From positions 4,588,001-4,652,000 of the forward strand of contig JAYWIR010000003.1 of NCBI GenBank assembly GCA_036172245.1: a stretch of DNA of 64,000 bases, written 5' to 3'. The notes beneath the pieces were generated by a model. That model saw only the letters and a list, made by a program, of their open reading frames with translations, was not told the DNA's origin and searched no databases. The translations under genes and the position numbers were made by a program. Position 1 is the stretch's first letter; each line of letters opens with the position of its first letter. Shown here piece after piece: positions 36,761-48,340 of the stretch. This stretch comes from Raillietiella orientalis (lineage: Eukaryota).

Positions 36761-39700
36761 GAGCCATTTTCCGATATCACTTCTGCAATCCAATAGTCGT
36801 ATTTGTAAAGAGTCATGTGACCTCTGTCCACCAATCAAAATTTTTTTTTTAAAATTGACATGTCTTTGTGTGACGGTTATCTCGATGTATACAAAATATT
36901 TCGATAACATGCTTTTTTGTTGTTGTTTTTTTCTATTTGTGTGAAATGTGTGTGGAAAAGTGTATTTTTCTCTGATTGAGTATAATGCAGAAAGCGTATA
37001 GATTTTTTGAAAATACAGTTAAAATTTACGTGGTGTCATTATTTGTCAGTTACTTTCAGCCGTTATTATTTTTCATAAAGAACATGCTGAAAATACAAAG
37101 TGAACCAATTGAGTAAAATTCGAATGTACCAGAGCAAACTGGAAAAGTGTATATATTTGAGGAAGTTTTGGTTTTGATAATGCCTACTTTCTTTATGTGA
37201 CTTGAATTATATTGCAGGTGGGTACTTCATTTAGTGATTAATTTTAAATGGGAGCATGTAACTGGCTGATCATGTGTTATTTATAGTGCATAACGTTCAT
37301 AACATTGGTAAAAGCAATGTTTCTTATGCTATCCAAAAATGTGTAAATAGTGTAATTTTTTGAATAGCATGAAAAGCTATTTTAGCAAAATATTCGTGCT
37401 ATTACTTAGTAAGGGGTAGTTTACAGTCAACATTGCAGCAAAACTTTCAGTGAATCAGTATTTGCACTGATTTGCATTTTTGCCTGCTGAAGTGCAATGC
37501 GATTGACTGTTTACTAATTTAAGTTGATTTGTTGCACAGCATCTAAGTTCACGCAATTTAAGTATTAGCATTCCAAAGAACATCAACCGTGAATGTTGCA
37601 ATAGTAGGAGAATGAAGTCCTGTATTGCAATGTTTTTTATGTATTATAAATTAGCATTATCGAATATGGTAAAACATGCGAGAGCATGCAGTTAATTTGT
37701 AGTATACTACAAATACATTTGCAATGTTTTTGTTCGTACACAGTGTGCAGAGCAGTGCATTTTTGGATTATAAATTTGTTTATTCAATTGTAGGTTCTCT
37801 AATTCGTCAGTATTATGAAATAAATACATAGTGAATAATATAGATAAGGTGTAGCAAAAATGTGGATAATGGAGAATCAGTTGTTCTAATTATCGTTGAA
37901 TGGTTAGTATGAAAAATGGTTTGTTTGTTTGGTTCTTCAGATTGAGAAATCTAATCTCAGGGATCATTTTTGGTATGAATCCGTATCTTTGTATCAGCTA
38001 GTGACTATAGTGATTGTTTCCATAAAAAACATGTTTCTAAATTCTATTGCATTTGTATTTATGTGATAATTTGCAGTTGTTAATGAATTGAATGAAATGC
38101 TTATTATTATCACTTTGAAAAAAAAAGGAAGGCGGTAGCTAATTTTTTGGTGATTTTGTTAAATGTTTGTCCTCAAACATGAAACTGTTAAAACTGTTTG
38201 TATGCAAATGTTTTGATGCCTTGAATTAGCAACAAATAAAAACAGGTTATCAAACTAATCTTAACAGTTTCATCGCAGTACATTTTCGTTTATGTTTTTG
38301 TTGTTTTGTTTTCAAAAACAGTTCTTTCTTAATAATATTGTTTCAAATGGGGTTGCTACATTGTATTACAATGTATTCAACAGCAGACTGTTTGTTAGAT
38401 ATAAAAATTCTTTTAATTTATAGTTTTATCATCAAATCTATTCAGATTGGAAGGTAAAATTTTTCAGAAATTCCAAAAGCCCATAACGCATGATCGTTGA
38501 AAATACCCTTTCCAGTGTCTGGGAAGTGCACTTGTATGCAATTGGAATGTCCTCTAACTTATTAGGTACAATAAACCAATCCTTGTATGGAAATTTTTGT
38601 TTGCATACGTCTGTGTATTAATTAGGTTCCGTTTAGCACTGCTATTTTAGAAGCAGAGTTGCTTAGAGGCAGTTTCACATCGCCTTTCCATTGAACTTGC
38701 AACTTTTCTACTTTCACAGCTGCTAGTTTGTTATTCTGCTGTTAATTGGCACATATGGGGATGTTTCCATTTTGCTTATGCATCTTCAGTCACTAAACAT
38801 TTGCTCATTTGTATAAAACTGCAATATATGCATGAGGATTTCTTTCAACATTGCTGATTTGGATTTCCAAATGATTTCTTTTTAATAAGCATGAGTAAAG
38901 CCTCATGAAATCATATTGATTTGCCTGTGCTCATAGTTTTCGTAATTTGCTATATTTGCTAGGTTTCAGATCATGGTATACCTTTTAAGTCAGAAGTGTA
39001 ATGTATGCTCTTGCTGTTTTCGTGGTGTAATTGATGAAATGTATGATTGTGTAAGTTCCTAAGATATTGGGCTTTTTGAAAATCGTTTTTCTCTAAATTT
39101 CCCTTTGTTTTACAGTTTGTTGTTTTTTCAGCTGTAATTTTCGTTTTTAATGTTTCTTTTTTATTGATTGCATATCATATCAGTGTTTAATAGAATTATT
39201 AGTATAGGGAGGAATCTTGAAAATACCACCAAATCTAACATTTGCTCAGTATTTTAGTTATTTGACAACTAGGAACAACAATCATATGAACAGGAACAAA
39301 CATTACCTAAGAAGCATTGAGAAGTGGTTGACAACCCAATTAATATTTTTCTTGTGCATATGTGCCTTCATAGTTGTGATTTAAATGGTATGAATGAAGA
39401 TAATTCATTTGATGTAAACGAATGTAATTTTTTCATACATCTGTATCCTGGAAAGTGCAGAATTTAGATTTAAAAATGTAAATCAAATTTAAAACCAGAT
39501 AAAAGTACATACGAAAATGCCCTTGAATTTTTGTGAAAACATTGAAAAATTACCTTGGTTAATCATATGTCGTTTTGTTTAAGTTTTAGGTGATTCTGAT
39601 TTGTTACATACAGCAGTGAGTAAAAGAGCACCATTTGTTTGTAACATTCTATGTTTGTTGATTATTGTTATCAGTAGTATTATACTTGTTACATAATTAG

Positions 39701-39817
39701 TCCAAATAAATTTTTCCCATCGTTGTAACTCATTATTGTGTTTATCTTGCTGTTAGCTCGACACTGGATTCTCCACACTGCTTAATTTTTGTCCCAGAGC
39801 AATGGCAGCGCTTTAAA

Positions 39818-41105
39818 ATGGACGTTTATGAAACTTTGTCCAATCCAGATACGCTGACCCTTCAGGAGATGTTGGACTCAGATATAAAGGCTGAATTTGA
39901 TGGTGCCTTCGAGGATGCGGAGTTGGGAGAGCTAGATCTCAGTCGTGAATTGGAGCGTTTTGAGCATATTGAAACTTTAGATGCTCATTTGGATATGGAT
40001 CTGGATACTGATTTGTTGCAGCGCACTTGGCTTAATGGCTCCTCCCACAGTTATCACAGCATGGATTTAGAAGCCACAGGCTTGCTTGTCAATCCTTCCA
40101 CAGCTGTGCCAGTTGGAATTAACTCCCATAAAGGAACCAAACTTAATCTGTTATGTGAATCACCACTTTCCAGTCCCAAAGTTACATTAGTCCCCACTAG
40201 TACTTCTTCTGTCATGCCATCTTTGTCTAAAATGTCTACACTTGTGCCAGCAACCAGTAGCATGCAGATGCAATACAGTAATGGAATGTCTTCATTGGCA
40301 GGAAGCAAAGTTCAGGTGAACAATAAATAGTTTGGGTGCAATGTTCTATGTTGCCATATAGGCATCCCCCAATGGTCAGAAGACCTTCCCCAAACCAGCA
40401 TTTTCATATTCTTGTTTGATTGCCATGGCATTAAAAAATAGTCGTTCAGGTAGCTTACCAGTATCTGAGATTTACAATTTCATGTGGTAAGTGAATACGT
40501 CAGTATATAACAATCATGAATGATATTGTAGCGAGCATTTTCCATACTTCAAAACAGCTCCAAGTGGTTGGAAAAATTCTGTCCGACATAATCTAAGCCT
40601 TAACAAATGCTTTGAAAAAATTGAAAAACCAGCCAATGGAGGAGGGCAAAAAAAAGGTTGTTTATGGACCATGAATCCTGATAAAATATCAAAAATGGAT
40701 GAGGAGGTGCAAAAGTGGTCTCGCAAGGATCCTGTGGCTATTAAACAAGCCATGGTCAATCCTGGTAAGCAAATTTATTTGTTAGGATGCTTTGCATGCT
40801 GCGAGAATAATGCAGATAATCTTGAGTTCTTGGAACGAGGAGAGCTAAAGATTGACTGTAAGGAGAGGCACACCTCTGGATCATTAGACAGTGAAGAAGA
40901 GGAGGAGGTAATAGTGCCTACATCACTGGAAGTGCTCAAGAGTGAATCTATCCTGGATGGAGGTGCAACATCTACTACTCTGGAGTTAGTGGATCTTCAT
41001 GGGAGTGCTGCTGTATTTGAAGCAGTGCAAGTGCAGTCATCTACAGGAGAAGTATATCCAGCCACTGTGCTGATTCGTCGCACGTGTGCTGAAACCGACG
41101 ACTGA
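39818..41105 (+). CDS. FoxN1/4: Forkhead transcription factor FoxN1/4 (jumu-like); introns 40316-40361, 40487-40531, 40765-40815
   Basis: [66 protein letters not shown]...[40 protein letters not shown]: a forkhead domain with the FoxN1/4-type C-terminal extension. Confidence 0.95.
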
Positions 41106-43306
41106 CCTCCTTCACATTCCTCAGGTTGATCTCACCACAAAGTACAAATTGCCATGCGAGACTGGCCACTGCTAGTGATCTTTGACCTAGTCGTTTTCAT
41201 GTGTGGAAGATAGTATTTAAGAGACTTCTAGGATGTATCCCTTATGTTGCATTGTATCCGAATGGGTGGGTTGAATTATGTACAAAGGTTTGCTAAATAA
41301 GCATCCAAACCACTGCCAGCCCATTCTTTGTATATTGCATTTGTATATGGAACTTTTGTTTTGTAAAGTGCACTCTTGACAAATAAATGCCTGTTTTTTT
41401 TATGCTTGGTTAATTCTACATTCCCAGACCCAAATCTGGAATCCTTACTAGCACTCACATCTTATCCTAATCGAACCAAACTAATTTTGTGATGAACATG
41501 AATATATTTATTCATCTATCTATCTATATATTTTCAAAACAGATGTAAAGCAAGCAAGATATAGACCAAATATAATAGACTTATGTTTCAAGCATCCAAA
41601 TGGTAGCATCGTAATTAGTATTTGACAATAACACCACTGCTCAAACGGTGGGTATGGCAGTTCTCAGGTGTCACGTTCGACACATCTGCGTGCCAAGGAA
41701 CTAATTGTGTACAAACGCAAGTACCGCATGGTCATCCCGATTTATCTCGTTTCGAGGGTTAAAACTTTCGTGTTTTCACTTTTACAAATACGTCTTTTAA
41801 CAGTTGATTTTTGTTTTGCGACTTACGTGATTAATTTGCGACCAGAAGCCTGAAGTTTCAGCCCACTTTGGTCACGTAGTTTCGCGTCCAGTTCTCCATT
41901 TGTTGTAGCATACGACAACGCTGCAAACAGCTTTTTCGGTGCTCATGCTGATATGATAGCACACTGCTGCCTTCATCCATCGTACCCTCGCCCCAATTCC
42001 AATCGTCTCCGCTCTATTGAAGTCTTGTAAACAAACGACCTTGCAGTTGTCCGACTTCAAACTGTTTACGGAGAACTCTTGATCACTCCTGATGAGACAC
42101 GGTGCAATTTGTGGAAGGAGTGTGACAGGGACGGGACGTAAGGACCGGGAAGGAATAATAGAATCGTTGAAACCAGGAATTCTGTTCAAGGATTTCATTT
42201 TCCTCCTACATTCGCAGTCCTGCCTATCAAAAGCCGTTTCTGACGTTTCCTGGTGCAAGATTACTGCACTATTTTATCTTTGCTGCATTTCTTTCAAATG
42301 TACTCCTACAGCTTTTACTTTCTATTCGTCAAGGTTATTGTATTCTAAAAGCAACCTTCTACTCATTTTCTTTTCCCAGGAAGAAAACGTCTGTTTTCTC
42401 AACAAGAGCGAATGAAAATGTCTCTATGCAAAGAATCATTCATTTGAAACGATATTTTTAATTTTAACAGATCAATCAGAAAAAAATTGCAATGCTTTCT
42501 GGAAAATTGATTGCATGATTCCTTCTAGCGATCTATAAATCCAATTCCTCTTTTTAGAAGTTCTGTGTGCAAAAGACACTAGCATACAATTGCTCATCAG
42601 CCAGTACACTGACAACGATTTCGAAAATTCAACTAAAATACCTTATTCTCATGAAATTATAATTCATTTTATACAAATGTTTGAAAACTCCTCATGAAGG
42701 TGCAAAAGGTTCACCTTTAAAATGAATCATGAACTCCATATCCTTGTTCTGCATTAAGCGTGGTAGATACGAGTTTCGACCTTCACTTTCACGTTTGTGT
42801 TGTAGATCCTTAACTTCAACGTGGTATTATATGAAATAGTCAGTTTTGCCTTTTTTAGTTCCAGTGGTGTAAACAAACTGAAAATAACCAAATCTGAGAA
42901 ACTGAGAAACAGAACTGAGAAATAAAAATGAATCAATTAGCTGCTAGCAGTTCAAGCATTCAACGAAAAAGTATGCATCAGGATGTTTTCCCACCGGCAT
43001 CATTATGTGAAACCAGGCACGTCGAGAGGCAAAAAAAGAGAATTGCATCCCTATTATTGCGATTGGTGTGTACAGACTGTTCCTAAAAAAAAAAATATCG
43101 CAATAATAAAACTGCAATGGGTCGAGCTGACTTCATAAACCCAGATGAGGTCACCAGTGGCAAAACTTGTGGGTGTATGTGAGAGCCCTGCAGCGCTTGC
43201 AGTCGTCCCGCAGGGAGATGGTGGGATGCGATGCTGCCTGCGGATGCAGCTGACCGGGACAAGTATTTGAATTATTAAATACTGATGCACGTTATAGCAA
43301 AATATC

Positions 43307-44988
43307 ATGGATCTGTCGATTCCGTCGCGTATGTGTTGTGATTCAAGAATTGAATGCATATCATACTGCAAGAACACAATCAAATTCGTCGAATCACTTT
43401 GCGTCCATGACATTAAGCTGAATCATGAACAAAGGACCCGTTTTGTCGAGTCATTGAAACGGACTGTGAAACATTTTAAGCATTCGTCGTCATCGGATCT
43501 GCCTTCTCTTGAAATTTACGAAGCCTTATTTGCGACGATGTGTGATGTTTTTCACTTATTTACTGCGAATCCAGCGATTTTAGATGATGATATTTTGAAA
43601 CTTTCCTTAAGACTTGTTTATATGTTAATGGATAAACGCAATTGGTATACAAAATATACCCAATCATCATCACATTTACATGTAAGATTACTGAACAGCC
43701 TCATGTATGTCACTAATCAGTTTCCTTATAATTTCTTTTTTTGTAATTGTGTGTACATCTATAAAGCAAGTTTTTATATTGCGAGTTTTTCTACCTTTAG
43801 TGCATTAACTGTTGCTCCAGAAGCCCCATATCTAGAAGAAATGGTGCTCTTAATTCAAAAATTGCTTGGGGAACCACATAATCATTCTCTAGAACTCAAA
43901 GAAGTCAAAAATCTTGGCAGCTTGCTATCAGTCCTTTTAGATAAAACAGTAGGAGAGAAAAATGATGTTCTGTAAGCTGACTTATTGCATTCTCATCTAT
44001 TACATGAATTTTAGATTACTATTCATAAATGAAATCCTGTGTTCTTCTCCATGCCTTTCTTATTTTTATGAATGTCTAAGCTGTGCTCAGAAAGCTGTGC
44101 TCCATAATCTCATTAATGCATTGTTGGACAGTGCCAAAAATTCAAGAGAAAACAACCTAGCTGCAATACATGAAGACAATGTTCATTTCTTGATTGATAC
44201 TTTTTTAAGTGAATGCAAGAATTTATCAACTTATATGAAGTTGTTTCAAGAATCCACAGAGCTTCAGAGGAATATGTCATTGTTGGTGGAGAGTTTGTCT
44301 TGCATTTCAGGGTGTGATTGGTTAGTAGGTATACTGCAGCACCATGAGACATTAATAGATGAAGTCATTGGTGAGTTAGAAAGTACTGCTATGGAAACTT
44401 TTCGTCAGATTTATTCTGTACCATTCATAACATGAGTAAGGATCCTGGAAATATATTTTCTGAAGAATGTTCACTAAAAGCTTTTCACTTGCTCCATCAG
44501 TCCTCCGATTCTCCAGTCTGGGGACTGAAAAGTAATATCCTCAGACTGTTGGCTAATCTTTGCTATGATTACCCTCAGGGCCAAAAAAAGGTATGATAAC
44601 TCATTCAGTGTTCCCTGTTGATAAAGTTCATTAGGTTTTAGATATGGGTGTTGTTCCTCTCATCATGGATTGCTGCCAAATAGATGCTAAGAATCCATGT
44701 ACTACTCCTTGCTTATTCTTCTCTTTGTTTATCAAATTTTGTTTGTAGATCTGCAGCAGTGGGCCATTTTTGCTATTCGAAACCTTTGCATGAATAATCA
44801 GCCTGTTCAGAAACTCATTGCTAGTTATTCTGTGGTTCTGGGAAACAATTCAAGCATGAAAAATGGTGGTTTCCGTGATGTGAGTAGAAATTTTATAGTA
44901 TTAGTATGCTTACTATATTCCAAAGACGATTCTCAAAGAAGATAATTCATGTGACCTATCAGAGAAACTCAGCTCAGTGAAGAAATGA
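43307..44988 (+). CDS. ATXN10: Ataxin-10-like ARM-repeat protein; introns 43705-43800, 43972-44014, 44371-44408, 44591-44634, 44699-44748, 44880-44925
   Basis: C-terminal GLKSNILRLLANLCYDYPQGQKKVLDMGVVPLIMDCCQIDAKNPYLQQWAIFAIRNLCMNNQPVQKLIA matches the ataxin-10 domain. GT-AG introns keep the frame. The start codon is less certain. Confidence 0.85.
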
Positions 44989-46495
44989 ACTGCTTGTAAA
45001 CTTTGTGAATTCTGATTTATTTGATTATACCTAACAACTGGAACCATTGCATTTGCCATTATACATAAAATTTACTTTGTATGTTTGTCCAGATAAAGCA
45101 GTTGGTAATAAAAAAATGTAGTTCTGCACAAGTAGGCACAACGGATTAAAGCAAACAATTCATTCTAATAGCATTTGTTTGTTAGTTTGCTTTGAATTTT
45201 GTATCCAAACTTCCGCCTTTCAATAAATTTCTGGCCTAATCATTATCAATTCTGCAGTCAGTGATTCATTATGGTTAGAAATGTTGTTGTTAGGATGAAG
45301 CATACACTTTTCTGTAGTTCTTCATCAAAAAGTCAGTTATCTCCTACAGAGAAATCTCAAATTTCCAGGTATAAAGAAATTTGTGGTTATGCAGAAAACT
45401 AAACTAAAAATCGAAAGTATTTTTTTTAACAAATCTCCAATATTCCAAACCTCTCCTACGATTGAGGCATATCTCCTGAATTTGTTTGTCTGCATAGTTG
45501 TGCAGTGTATTCCTGTTGTGCTTTTCCAGTACAATTTTCTTTGGCATGTGATATCAGATTTGACTTTAATCATGTGCAGGTTAGCAGAGTATCCGTAGTG
45601 ATCAAGGGGGGAATCCTCCTTTGGTTTTCTTTTTCCAGTAAGTCTCCCCCAATGACGTCTTCCATTCCCCTTTCTTATCATGCTCTAAGCAGGAAATGAA
45701 ACAACGAGTTCTGAACAGCGACTGCAGTGCAAGGCAAGAAAAAATATCCATGTTCCCACTTGGTTCCTGAAATTGTATTCATTTTGCAACCACATTTTCT
45801 CCTTCAGCAGTATAACCTTTTCGCTTGGTATGTTCCATTCAAACCGAAGCACCTGCCCACATCCGGTGAATCCATTGTGTTTATTAGCGTTTTCACACAG
45901 ACATCGAAGATGCCGAAGATAATTTTGCTGTCTGCCGGGTTTCCAGATGCTCGCCCAGTCACCGTCATAACGTTCTCCTCCTCCATCGCTCACCTCACGG
46001 CCACATGCAGCGGATCTCAAACTCCGATGCTCGGAAAAAAATGTCACTGTGCCGTGATGATTTCGCTCCATAACCTTTCACGGTTTCTCTTCGAATGCCG
46101 AGCACGCTATATGCTCGTTAATAAAACACCGCGAAAGCTCGGTCACCACGATGTTCCTCGATCACGCAGCCATCGGCGGGTCGTCACTCGTCAAGAGGTG
46201 AGTCAAATCTACGAATCCATTTGGGATTCGTGCACCTCCTCGGGCATCAACGAGACACGTAAAACGACAGGGACATCTGCACACGAGACGAGGTGGTGCA
46301 TCCGGTCAGGTCGGTGGACCTGGACGGGACTTGGTGCCACTTCCAAAAGTACTTTCTGGTGGTTCATCACTTTCGCACATCTCCAATTCTCTTTTATTTC
46401 ATGCACGAAACTGTGTGACCGATTGCTGATTACGGTTGCAGTAGTGAAGGTGCAAAATCAGAAAATTTCTGATTCCTGTCAAAGATTTCTGGTAA

Positions 46496-46633
46496 ATAGA
46501 CACAGACTTGGAGCTTGCGAGAAACGAGGAGGACAAAGACATAATGGAAGATTTAGTGACAGCAGCGCTCGAAGATGCCGTTAAAAAGGCAGAGGAAGAC
46601 CTGACAAATGCAACCTCTGATCTTGCGGGAACG
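46496..46633 (+). pseudogene. ybaB: Bacterial YbaB/EbfC nucleoid-associated protein C-terminal fragment (Rickettsiales/Wolbachia-like nuclear insertion)
   Basis: IDTDLELARNEEDKDIMEDLVTAALEDAVKKAEEDLTNATSDLAG carries the YbaB ID......D...LEDLV.AA..DA..KA.. signature. No start; preceded by an in-frame stop. Confidence 0.72.
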
Positions 46634-46682
46634 CAGCAAGGCAAGGAAAGAGCTCGAAAATGAAGTTCAAAAAAGGTTGAAA

Positions 46683-46799
46683 GATTATATTGAGCAAAAA
46701 TTTCCTATGCTTTCTCACGAAGAAGAAGTACGATTAGCAAGAAATTGGCACCAATAGAAAGATATTTCTTCTGCTCCTAAGTTGGTAGCCAGCCCCCAT
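46683..46799 (+). pseudogene. rpoH: Bacterial sigma-70 family region 1.2 fragment, RpoH-like (alphaproteobacterial), with internal stop
   Basis: DYIEQKFPMLSHEEEVRLARNWHQ*KDISSAPKLVASPH compared with the RpoH pattern Y...I.KFPML..EEE..LA..W....D..AAHKLVTSH. TAG at 46755-46757. Confidence 0.72.
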
Positions 46800-48049
46800 T
46801 CGACCAAACGGTGGATGGATGGGCAGGCACCCCATTTGAGTGGAAATTTTCGGTGAACTTCATCCGTTTCTTCTGCCTCGGAAAATCCCTTTTGTGATCT
46901 ACGTTGGAGAGCTTCATGTTCACCTCTCAGTTTCATTCTGCTTGGGGTGGGGGAGGGGAGGGGGGCAAAGTCAGGCAATTGCGTCCCTGAGCATGTGCCG
47001 CGAAGTGAGCTTCTCAGATTTTTCCCCTTCCCATGCTTTCTTTCCCCCGTAAATTCTTGTGAAAAATATTGGAGGAAACAGATTACAGAATTTATGCAAT
47101 TACCGTCAACTTACTTTTACTTCTAAAGTAACAATCTTAATTCACGATTTTCACTTCACCTTTCCTTTGTACTATCCTTCAACCAAAAAGTGCTGAATTC
47201 CTCTGAGATTAACCGGAGGGTTCGTGTGCAGCTGCCAGGGATTAACAGCATGGAGACCGTCGGAAAATCGAATTCTTTTAACGTTTGAAGGCCTCAAATA
47301 TTCATTTGCAGGAATGCTTTGGGAAAGAAACGTAAGAATCAATCCTGATTAATCCTTCAATGACACGCGAACCTCAAACTGTGGAAGATGTGGAGAACCT
47401 ATCACAGCCAAAGACCCACCGTGTTTGCCAGACCTTTTCAAGTCGTATTCTTTCCCCCGGACAAACTTGTTGGTTGTTCTGAAGTGGTCAGTTAGGGCAA
47501 GTACCACAACACAAAAATTCACAACTCTCTGCTGCATCAGCGTCCAATCAATTGCGAATTCAACACCCTATGACTTATCTTCAATCCCTCTCCTGTATGA
47601 ACATCTCGTAAAAATCCTGTGAAAATTTCAATGCAAAAGTACCATCGGGAACGAAACTAATTGAAGGCCCATATGGCTGAAGAAGGTTTCTTTCACAGAT
47701 CATCTCCGCAAATTTCTTTCAACCCAATTTCGTAGATTCTTGCGAGCTGCTGCAGAAGAAATTCTTCATCCACAGAAGATTGCATTTCTTCAATTGCAGA
47801 CACCTTTCACTGCAAAAAGTGCAGTCGTCTTCTCATTGAGGACTCATTCCCATCACACAGAAATGCAGTCTTGATCTGCGAATACTCGTGAAATACTGTG
47901 AGGGGAGGAAAAAAGTTCGAACTTGAAAACAGAGAAATACCACAAAAGGAAGAGTACTTCGTATATTAATTATAGAAATCCAACTTAAAGGTCTCTCAAT
48001 GTAGGAAGGCAATTTTTTCTGCTCAGTTGACATTGAAGCTCTTGTAACT

Positions 48050-48340
48050 CCGCATCGTCATGTGGCAAAGTTATCAAATAAACTGACGTCATAAGGCCTC
48101 GATGATTCGACTGATGAAACCTTCTGCGATAGTTATTTAAACAGTTCACACGGTGATGAAACTTTCTCTCTCACAGCTCTCACTCTGCCTCCTTCTACAT
48201 CGGCGCATCTGTTACCAAGTTCACCCATAAGCAGACTGCTATAAAGATACTTGGGAAAATCTAGGCTTTGGGATAATCCAATGTGTGTATTTGCAGTAAG
48301 GTTTCGTGCAAATTTTCTTTGAGGTAATTTTTTTCTTTCA
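48050..48340 (-). mobile_element. Decayed hAT transposase C-terminal dimerisation region
   Basis: Frameshifted minus translation IFPSIFIAVCLWVNLVT...SCER(E)SF...LNNYRR...FDNFA resembles FP.......LTLPVT.ASCERSFS.LK.IK.YLR...I..FA. Confidence 0.5.

Noticed and set aside
37431..37499. Imperfect pre-miRNA-like hairpin upstream of the FoxN coding region
   Set aside because: Bulged AT-rich stem, no known miRNA seed recognised; needs small-RNA data.
41872..42258. 128-aa minus ORF
   Set aside because: Non-ATG start, no recognisable domain, no consistent exon chain.
45727..46584. 285-aa plus ORF
   Set aside because: GTG start, atypical composition, and it runs out of frame into the ybaB fragment.
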